64,000 nt of DNA from Eledone cirrhosa (lineage: Eukaryota), in NCBI GenBank assembly GCA_964016885.1, contig OZ024743.1, positions 307,024,001 to 307,088,000 of the forward strand, given 5' to 3'. Positions 54,010-64,000 of this stretch are shown here, piece after piece (position 1 is the stretch's first letter; every line of letters starts with the position of its first letter). A program made the translations under genes and the position numbers. The notes under the pieces are model-generated. The model was given only the letters and a program-made list of their open reading frames with translations. It had not been told where the DNA came from and searched no databases.

Positions 54010-54620
54010 CATGGTGGCTGCCAATTCGTTTTCGAGTACGGCCACTACTTTATATCCATGTAGGAGAACCCCTACCGATGCGCTGAACGAGTGTGACTTT
54101 TGAGTCCAGCCAGCGACTTGAAAACTCTGGTACAAACACTAAACTTGTGACAATTATTGACACATAGTGCTGGGCCCATGGTACCAAGTGACGACAAGTG
54201 CAGAGAGATCTCCAGATATAAAGCAATGCCTGTGCCGTGAAGCTTTTATAGTGAGCAAAGGCACTGCACAAAGCCAGTCCCACTCTCTTAACCAAGATGA
54301 TATTTACCAAAAAGAACAAGTCAACATCATTGGATACCATCAGAGTTGCAGGGGTTTTATCAGAGTTTTCCTTCTCCTAGAATTCTGCCTTGACAAAGGC
54401 TAAGGGGTCATCTCTCCCGGTGATTTTGGATGGCCATTGACTCTTAAGAGCTCCTTTGCCCTTTGACAGGTTTTGTTTTTAGTCCTGCAGGATGTCCAAA
54501 GTCACCCTCCTCACCAAGAAACCTTGGTGGGGTTGCCAGTTTAGTCGCCAACAACCCGACCATGAGACAGGTTGTACTGGGATACATGTTACCAGTAGCA
54601 CCAACTGGTGACCTGACCTA
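54010..54620 (-). mobile_element. Short RTE-derived non-autonomous element with (TGTA)-type tail; 3' part repeated at 55518-55845
   Basis: 3' end of the 55.6-kb copy encodes C2H2-like [25 protein letters not shown]; 5' part is RTE-5'UTR-like (GGCGACTAAAC); no RT. Confidence 0.6.
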
Positions 54621-54631
54621 TACATATATAC

Positions 54632-54662
<31 letters not shown>

Positions 54663-54753
54663 CATATATAAATATATATATACATATATAAATATATATA
54701 CACATATACACATACATATATATATATATATACATATAGATATGCATATATAC

Positions 54754-54784
<31 letters not shown>

Positions 54785-54825
54785 CATAATATAAGATCAA
54801 AAGATGGTTAAAGGAGTTCCATGTA

Positions 54826-54892
54826 TTTTATTATGCGCATTTCAAAAACAAACATCATCATGCAATAATATTTGTGTTTTCATCAGATAAAA
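54826..54892 (-). ncRNA. Type I hammerhead ribozyme motif
   Basis: TTTTAT-CTGATGA-AAACACAAATATTATT..ATGATGATGTTTGTTTTT-GAAAT GCGC ATA-ATAAAA; 6-bp stem I, palindromic loop 3. Confidence 0.78.
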
Positions 54893-55063
54893 CAGGAGAA
54901 CATGATATGAAGGCTAAAAAACACTTGTGGATAGTGCAGTTTTAAATCAACATATCCGATATCTGCATTGCTTTATTGTACTACAATAAAACTCACCTCC
55001 TACATATATATATACATATATATATATATATACATATATATATACATATATACACATATATAC

Positions 55064-55096
<33 letters not shown>

Positions 55097-55107
55097 CACA
55101 TATATAC

Positions 55108-55210
<103 letters not shown>

Positions 55211-55397
55211 TACATATATATACATATATATATATATACATATATATATATAGATATATATACATATACATACATAGATAGATACATACAAACAGACATT
55301 ACGTACTTGCATATATCTATATACACACACATACATACATTCATACACACACATACATACATGCATACAAACATACATACATACATACATACATACA

Positions 55398-55430
<33 letters not shown>

Positions 55431-56149
55431 CTATATATATACATTACATACATACATATATCTATATATACACACACACACACATACATACTTACATACA
55501 CACACATATACATACATACATGGTGGCTGCCAACTCGTTTTCGAGTACGGCCACTACTTTATATCCATGTAGGAGAACATGCGCTGAACAAGTGTGACTT
55601 TTTAGTCCAGCCAGCGACTTGAAAACTCTGGTAGAGACACTACACTTGTGACAATTATTGACACATAGTGCTGGGCCCATGGTACCATGTGACGACAAGT
55701 GCAGAGAGATCTCCAGATATAAAGCAATGCCTGTGCCGTGAAGCTTTTATAGTGAGCAAAGGCACTGCACAAAGCCAGTCCCAGTCTCTTAACCAAGATG
55801 ATATTTACCAAAAAGAAGAACAAGTCAACATCATTGGATACCATCATATACATACATACATACATACATACATACATACATACATACATACATGACCGGG
55901 GCGGCCGGTCGACAGCAGCCTTCATCAAGGCCAATGTTTCGTCCTTTGGGCAAACGCCCATTCCAAGCATGCATAGGGACGCCGCACACCCCACCCTCGG
56001 GTACCCCCAATCCTCCACCCCTGAGGCCAGCGTCAAGCGTTTGCGTGACCGCGTAAATTTCTAAACTAATCATTGGTGATGTCTCGGCTGCAGTCTTTGT
56101 TGATTAGTTGTTTTCTGTTTACTTCTTCTTTTCTACATTATTATTATTA

Positions 56150-56495
56150 TTGGCAGTATCGGTAGAGGGTCGGACACCATGCTTTTCAACATAGAGTTAC
56201 GGCCCTTTACAATCTGAGTTCAAATCCCGCCGAGGGTCGATAAAATTACGTACCAGTAATGCTCTGGGATAATTGCTGTCTTTGTGCCAAAAGTAGAAAC
56301 AATTATTATTATTGTAGAGGGTCGGACGCCATGCTTTCCAGCATAGTTACGTCCCTTTACGATCTGAGTTCAAATCCCGCCGAGGTTGACTTTGCCTTTC
56401 ATCCTTACGGGGTCGATAAAATAAAGTACCAGTAATGTACTGGGTATTTGCTGGCCTTGTGCCAAAACTAGAAACAATTATTATTATTATTATTA
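56150..56495 (+). mobile_element. Two tandem tRNA-type SINE copies with (ATT)n tails
   Basis: GAGTTCAAATCCCGCCGAGG B-box occurs twice; ends AGAAACAATTATTATT. Confidence 0.85.
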
Positions 56496-57173
56496 AGGAA
56501 ATAAGGCCAGCATACAATAACAACGATGACGTCATCAACCTAATTATTCACAAAAGCCGTCGCCACCCCCACCCACCCCCATTTCTATACGTAACCGTAG
56601 ATTTCATATGTAGGTTTTCGTGTTTATGTGTATATATGTGTGTTTATGCGTGTGTATGTATATGTGTGTGTTAGTGTGTATATATGAGTGTATGTGTGTG
56701 CGTGTATGTGTGTGTATGATGGCGTGTTAATGTATATATGTGTGTGGTTGTGTTTGGGTGGGCGTGTATGTGTGTTTATGCGTGTGTATATGTGCGTGTA
56801 TGTGTGTGCATGTGTGTTTATGCGTGTGCATGTGTGTGTAAGTGTATGTATGTGAGTATATGTGTGTGCGTGTGTTAACAAAGTATGACAGTGTGTGTTA
56901 TGTATATGTGTACATGTGTGTGTGTGGGGGGGGGGGGGGGCTTTGAGGCTCGTGTGTGCGTATACTGTTACATAATTTATTGTGTGATTCTGTATGTGTA
57001 TTTGCAGTCAGACGTATATGTGTGTACACGTGTGCACGTGTCTGTGAATCAGTTTATGTGCGCCAGATGTTTTAATCGTATCATGTTCATATCAGCTCCC
57101 TATTATATAATTTATATAATAGGGAGCTGGAAAAACAGACCCTTAAATATATTTTCCGTGCTACTTCCAACTT

Positions 57174-57263
<90 letters not shown>

Positions 57264-57453
57264 CGAAGGAAAAGTCGTAAGGAAACAGGTGGACCATAAC
57301 GCACCAAAGTACTCAATACTTAGGGTAGTAGAGTGGGTAATAGCAACGTTTCGACGGCTAATTCTGGACTAGTCCAGAATTAGCCGTCGAAACGGCTTGA
57401 GCTCAGCCGTCGGGGTCCTACTCGTTCCTATATATATATATATATATATATCT

Positions 57454-57630
<177 letters not shown>

Positions 57631-57639
57631 CATATATCT

Positions 57640-57700
<61 letters not shown>

Positions 57701-57837
57701 CATATATCTACACACACACATATATATATATTTAGGGAAAGCGTCAGGACCCCGACTGCTGATCTCCGGCCGTTTCGACAGCTATTCTGAACTCTGGTGC
57801 GTTATGGTCCACCTGGTTCCTTACCACACTTCCCTCG

Positions 57838-57898
<61 letters not shown>

Positions 57899-57901
<3 letters not shown>

Positions 57902-59504
57902 TGCCCCGCAAAAGTTTACAACACATTAGGAAAAATGCGGTTTTAGGTATTTTTAATAAAGTTAGGGTAATGAAAATGTAACTACTGATAGAACATATAA
58001 TGAGGCATTTAATGATACAATCATATTTTTAAAAAAATAACAAGGAAATAACTCATGAAGAAAAATCAATATTTTTATAACGCAAAAGTTTACAACACAT
58101 TTTATATTTATTGCTTTTTTTCAAGAAAATTCTTAAATTTTCAGATTTAAAATTCAGTAGAATGTTCTAGATTAGGTTTAAGGTAACTTCTAAGGACTAT
58201 TAAAAACATTATATCATTATTTGTCTGACAACCATCCTGTAACCATTGACAACCGTCCTGTAAACATGGACAATATGGGGGAAAATAAACTGATTGATCA
58301 AGACCTCCGTAAACGCATTGTAGACCTTCATACAAATAGTGTTGGTTATAGAAAGATATCTTGTCAGTTAAATGTGCCATTGAGTTCAGTTGGTACTATA
58401 ATTCGTCACTGGAAATCTCATCATTCCATCTGTCCTCTAATTAGTTATGGTCGTCCTAGAAAGATAACGGAACGTGCAGCTCGGTTATTGACGAGATAGG
58501 TTGGCAACGAACCCCGGTGTACTCATTAAAATCTTTAGGATGACCTAGAAGGAAGTGGAGTAAAAGTGAGCACAGATACAATTAGTCGTTCACTTCGTCG
58601 ATATAATATCTTCTCGAGGTCTCCAAGGAAAACACCACTTCTTACAAGGAAACACGTTCTTCGTCGATTAAACTTTGCAAATGAGCATCTCATCAAACCT
58701 GCGTCATTTTGGGAAGATGTACTTTGGTCGGACGAAACAAAAATTGAACTTTTTGGTCGAAATGCTGTGGCAAAAGTCTGGAGAAAGAAAGGTACTGAAT
58801 ATTCGCTGAAGAATACTATTCCAACTGTAAAATTTGGAGGTGGATCAGTCATGGTCTGGGGTTGCTTTAGTGCCACAGGAGTAGGAAATATTGAAATAAT
58901 AGAAGGAAGAATGGATGGCGCTTATTATAGAGGTATTTTCCAAAGGAATTTATACCAAAGTGCACATTCTCTCAGCTTAAAGCCAGGTTGGTTTTTTCAA
59001 CAAGATAACAATCCAAAGCTTACTGCAAATCTAACACAATCTTGGTTAAGTACGAATGGAATAAATGTTCTAAAATGGCCATGTCAGTCTCCAGATCTTA
59101 ACCCGATCAAAAATTTGTGGAGAGAACTGAAACTCAGAATTCAAAAAAGGAAACCCCAACATATCCCTGAACTAAAGAAAATTTGTTGTGAAGAATGGAA
59201 AAATATTAGCCAAGAAGTTTGTAGGAGGCTACTCCAAATGCCCTACAGGCTGTAATTAGCAACAAAGGTTACACTACAAAATATTAAGAGATGATTTAAT
59301 AAATGTGTTGTAAACTTTTGCGTTATAAAAATATTGTTTTTTCTTCATGAGTTATTTCCTTGTTATTTTTTTTAAAATATAATTGTATCATTAAATGCCT
59401 CATTATATGTTCTATCGGTAGTTAAATTTTCATTACCCTAACTTTATTAAAAATACCTAAAACCGCATTTTTCCTAATGTGTTGTAAACTTTTGCGGGGC
59501 ACTG
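57899..59504 (+). mobile_element. Tc1-family DNA transposon, IR/DR type, in (TA)n
   Basis: ~200-bp TIRs starting CAGTGCCCCGCAAAAGTTTACAACACAT; inner direct repeat at 58081 and ~59303; TA on both sides. Confidence 0.95.
58266..59287 (+). pseudogene. Tc1 DD34E transposase, inactivated
   Basis: GRPRKIT, WSDETKIELFG, KFGGGSVMVWGC, FQQDNNPK, SPDLNPIKNLW (E->K); stops near 58497 and 58527 and a C-terminal frameshift. Confidence 0.93.
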
Positions 59505-59849
59505 TATATATATATATAAGAAGAAGATACAGGGGCTGTGTAGTTGGTGGGTAGGTGTACTTATAAATAAGAGGAAAGCATGAACGGGAGAAAATTTTCC
59601 TTCATCAGTTGTCTGCTGGGGAACATGGATATTTCTACGCATTAAAGACAAGATATCTTACCCCAGTGCGTCAATAACTAAAGGAAGTTATTGGGGGAAA
59701 AAAGGGAGAGAGAGAAAAAAATAAGTAACAGAAGGGAAAAGGGGAAGAAAAAGGAAAAAACAGCGAAAATAACGGGAAACAATAAACCGAAGAGGGAAAT
59801 CCGAAGCACATGTAAGTGAGCAACTCGAAGAGAGAGTAAAAAAAAAGAA

Positions 59850-59956
<107 letters not shown>

Positions 59957-60532
59957 TAATATATGTATATATATATACATTTATTTATTTCAATTTAAAC
60001 GACCGTATAGAGCTAGTAAGCCATGACAGACTCGGAGAAGTATCGAGTACTCTTTACAGTTGGTAATCATAAAGATCTAGTGCGACAAATGATAAAAAAG
60101 AAAAGAAAAAAAACTAACATAACATTTTTTTTAAAAAGAGAAAAGGGGAAAACAAATAAAATAACAAAAATAACATTTCAAATATTGAAGGCCAATGGAA
60201 GGCAGATTATGCCTAAGAAAACGAAAAAGAAAATAGGAAACAAGGGAAGCTGTAAAACAGCTAGAAGTTTCTCTTGTTGAATCTTTTGCAGCTTCCATGT
60301 ACTCAAAGATTTTGTCTATATTTGGTAGACCTGTAATCAAATACTTAACTTCTAATATATATATATATATATATATAAGTAAGATGTATGGTAGGTCGTA
60401 TGTGAATCGCGATGATCACGTCTGACCTACCAAATATGTGACGGTAGCTAGTTAAGCTCTATGCGTATACGCAGAGCAGAAATATTAGTGAAAAAGAACA
60501 AAGGAACTATTATGACATTATAACAAGTTTAT

Positions 60533-60579
60533 TGCCGACAGCCGTTTCGTCCGACCACATGGTGGGACTTATCAAGGCA
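60533..60579 (-). ncRNA. Type I hammerhead motif, U3:A8 variant
   Basis: TGCC-TTGATAA-GTCC CACCATGTGGTC GGAC-GAAAC GGCT GTC-GGCA. Confidence 0.7.
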
Positions 60580-62172
60580 TATAACATGTGATATTTCCTA
60601 CTAAGTTGAAAGAAACTAATCAATTAGAGGTTAATTCAGAGAGCCTTCTATAATTCTCTCAGAAAAGGCCCCTTTAATATTTTTAATAGGAACTTCTTCC
60701 GAGAGACCCTTCGAAGAATTAAAATTTTAGAGAGCCTTTAAGGATATATATAAAAACGAATTGAGGAAAATTATACATTAAAAGTTAAAAATTACGGTAT
60801 TTGGGATATCCGAGGAATTTTCAAAGGGCTGCTTCAACAGATACAACTTAGGCATAATAGATACAATAATTTAAGTAATTTAAGTAATTTAATTAGGGAG
60901 CAATTCAAGGAGTTTATCAAGTTTGGCAAGATTAAAGAAAGTGGTAAATAAGAAAATACATAAGCAAAAAGACAATAATTATAAAATGTATTTTTAAGAA
61001 GGTATAAGGTAGCTTCAGTAATCTAACAATGTGTTATCACAAAAAATTATTATAAAATTATTGATACAGGATTAACAAAGACATAATAATATATATTCCT
61101 GCCTAGTTAAGGTATAAGGTAGCTTCAGTAATCTAACAATGTATTATCACAAAAAATTATTCTAAAATTATTGATACAGGATTAAAAATTATTACAAAAT
61201 TATTACAAAATTACCACAAAATCATTACAAAATTATCAAATTATCATAAAATTACCATAAAATTATTACAAAATTATCAAATTATCATAAAATTATTACA
61301 AAATTATCACAAAATTATTACAAAATTATCACAAAATTATTGATACAGGATCAACAAAGACATAACAATATATATTCCTGCCCAATTAACAAGTAATCAA
61401 AACACTATTAACAGTCAGGCAAAATTAGCTCAAGGATATCCCGCGCTCGGATACTTTACACACACACAGGATTAGCACAGACACAATGGTATATTCCTGC
61501 CTAATTAACAAACAATCGATTAACGATTGATGGTCAAGAAAATGTACTCAGGGATATCCCGCGCACGGATATTTACATACATACAACAGGATGAACAGTA
61601 CCGGTGACCGTGTGGGCGCGATATCCATTATGCGTATGTAGTCATCTGCATAGCTCCAGGCACGATATCCATTATGCGTATGTAGTCATCTGCATAGCTC
61701 CAGGCGCAGCTGGTCTTGTTTAAAAGTTCATGGATCACCTGGGATTCACTATTATCTGCGTGGACTCTCTGGGAGATGTACCTGTGGATCTAATAGCCAG
61801 TGGTTGCCGGATGTGGTCCGTTCGATCTTTTAGTTTCAGGGGTTGAACGCTTTCGCGATAGACGAGCCTGCCGGTTCTAAGTCCAAGGTCTCGCTACGCT
61901 GGATGTATTGGTCTACATGCTATATTGTTAAAAAACCAGTGTGGATTTGACTGGGGTGGTATATTACGAACTCCAAGTCCACACGCGACTGGTCAAAAGC
62001 GAAGGGCTGTCCCCTCTTTGTTTGCTGTATGGGTCGGTCCCAGCTTAGATGGTGGTCGTGTTATCCATATTCCGTCAGCCCTGTATATTCAAGACAGATC
62101 AGGGTATATATTTGCAGGTATGGTCCTGCGTCTACGTTATCCAGAGGGTCTCGCTTGTGGTATTTTCAAGTT

Positions 62173-62231
<59 letters not shown>

Positions 62232-62233
<2 letters not shown>

Positions 62234-62623
62234 GAGGGCAATCCCAAAAGTAAGGTCTCCTTCCGATATTGCAACTTTTCCGTTAAAATCCTGTGGATGG
62301 TGCTTCGGGAAACCTCAGGAACCAAAATGCAGAGAGCATCCAGAGTGATCCGCCGATCTTTACGCATGTTTTCCTAGGAAGGAGACCTTACTTTTGGGAT
62401 TGCTCTCTATATAATAACTGCACGAAATTCGCACTTGGCGGTAGCGTTCAACGGGAGCTCCATTCTCAATGGCTGCCAATCCAAGATTGAGCATCCCAGC
62501 GAAGCGCGCGCATGCTTGTTTGGGAGTGAAGGAAGCACCAATGACAACAGTGTTGCCAACAGCCGTACGAACAGTTTCTCTGCATCCCCATCGCTTTGGA
62601 GACCTTACTTTTGGGATAACCCT

Positions 62624-62626
<3 letters not shown>
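62232..62626 (-). mobile_element. Rearranged mariner relic with three TIR copies
   Basis: TIR CGAGGGCAATCCCAAAAGTAAGGTCTCC at ~62233, inverted at 62381-62410 and 62598-62626; transposase pieces MELPLNATAKCEFRAVI and MRKDRRITLDALC..SRSTIHRILTEKLQYRK. Confidence 0.8.
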
Positions 62627-62679
<53 letters not shown>

Positions 62680-63059
62680 ATATTTTACTTTCTTCTTATT
62701 TCAGCCTCATAAAACTATTGTTGTTATATAAATCACAAAACCTTCTCCAGGTCATCACATAAAATTCAATGTGTACATGTTATGACTTGATTGCTATAAG
62801 TTATAGTTTTGTCTTGTTTTTTACTCCAAGGACAGCGCTTTGGCTTGTGTCAGACGCTGTGACCCCAGGTGGACAAGCAGTACCATCGAAATTACTAAAG
62901 CCCGTCTCGACGACTAAACACCTTGGAGATCTGTGTCTTTCGCTTATCTTTTTATTTTTAAACGTTATTTTTTAATTTTCCCCTTTCCAAAAATGTTATA
63001 TTCCACATTGTTTTCGTTCGCTGTCTTTTCTTTGTTGATCATCCTAATTACACACACAC

Positions 63060-63113
<54 letters not shown>

Positions 63114-63236
63114 GGTAAACATTGATGCAATTCAATTCAAGCACTCAACGTACTTTTTCCACATAGGAGTGACGGAGCAAATATCGAATAAGGAAAAGCG
63201 AAGTAGTTTCAGATGTTCAAATCCTTTAATAATAAT

Positions 63237-63310
63237 GCTGTGATATATATTTCAGTGACGACACTGGCCACACTGTTCTGTGTGCGAGTGTCGTGTCATC
63301 ATCAGACAGC
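63237..63310 (-). ncRNA. Type I hammerhead ribozyme motif with extended stem II
   Basis: GCTGT-CTGATGA-TGACACGACACT..AGTGTCGTCACT-GAAAT ATAT ATC-ACAGC. Confidence 0.78.
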
Positions 63311-64000
63311 TTGTTACATAATAAGGTTATGTTTCCGAGGCAATCCAAATTGGATCGACAAGGGAACGGATGAATTGCGTGTTTTTTGGTTTTTCAACCG
63401 CTCCCTTGTGAGTACCAATTCACCCCCACCGGCCTGCGCAAGCGCATGTCCGAAGGAAGTTGACCATTCGCCACCGCAGACTTCAACGAATTTTGCTTAG
63501 TCAGTTCACTCCGTCATCCAAAACAATGGCCCACCAATGCCTGTACCATATTTTACTGCTACCCATCACGGCTGTTGCAGTCAGCCGAGAGCCAGAGGGG
63601 ATGGGAGAGTGTTAGTTCCCTCACTAAGCGTTGACGGTACGACTGACCATCACCTTATAAGGGAAAATAAACTTATTCTAGGTATCATGGTTTTACGTTG
63701 GAAGTTAAGAGTGAGAGTTGGAAATAAAAATTAAAATCCTAAATCAAATATCAGAAATTATAAATTAAACAATTAAGAAATTAACAATTAGAAATTAAAG
63801 AATTAAAAAAATTCTTTTCAGGTGATAATTCGGATTGAGGTGAGTAAATAATATGGAGAGAGATGTTTAAGTAATATTTTCTGAGAGGGATTCTAGTGTC
63901 ACAGTTACTCTATCATATATTGAACGACAGTGTCGTACATTATAACTACAGGGCTCCACAGATTAGTGGATCTGGTACACAGTCCTAATTTCCATCACAT

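Noticed and set aside
60131-60340. Possible host exon on the minus strand (TTGATTACAG|GT..LPNIDKIFEYMEAAK)
   Set aside because: No recognisable homology, donor site or partner exons.

Overview
Eukaryotic, AT-rich, microsatellite-saturated DNA. The repeat repertoire resembles coleoid cephalopod (octopod) genomes; this is an inference from remembered repeat families. No host gene or RNA gene can be supported, and the window is almost entirely mobile DNA and tandem repeats. (1) 3.8-20.0 kb: a head-to-tail, same-strand stack of five Tx1/L1-clade non-LTR retrotransposons from at least three subfamilies, two of them full length. Every junction lies in (GATA)n, which suggests a (GATA)n-microsatellite-specific lineage. 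(2) Penelope-like elements (Nematis-type and Naiad-type ORF relics) and many short (TA)n-embedded pLTR-like units. Together they carry about ten type I hammerhead ribozyme motifs and long fold-back palindromes that often turn inside the ribozyme. (3) An R4/Dong LINE 3' part in (TAA)n, RTE relics, tRNA-type SINEs, a non-autonomous Helitron, a Tc1 IR/DR element, a rearranged mariner and a pogo-like MITE. (4) A roughly 5.2 kb array of a 56-bp satellite and long trinucleotide-derived minisatellites.
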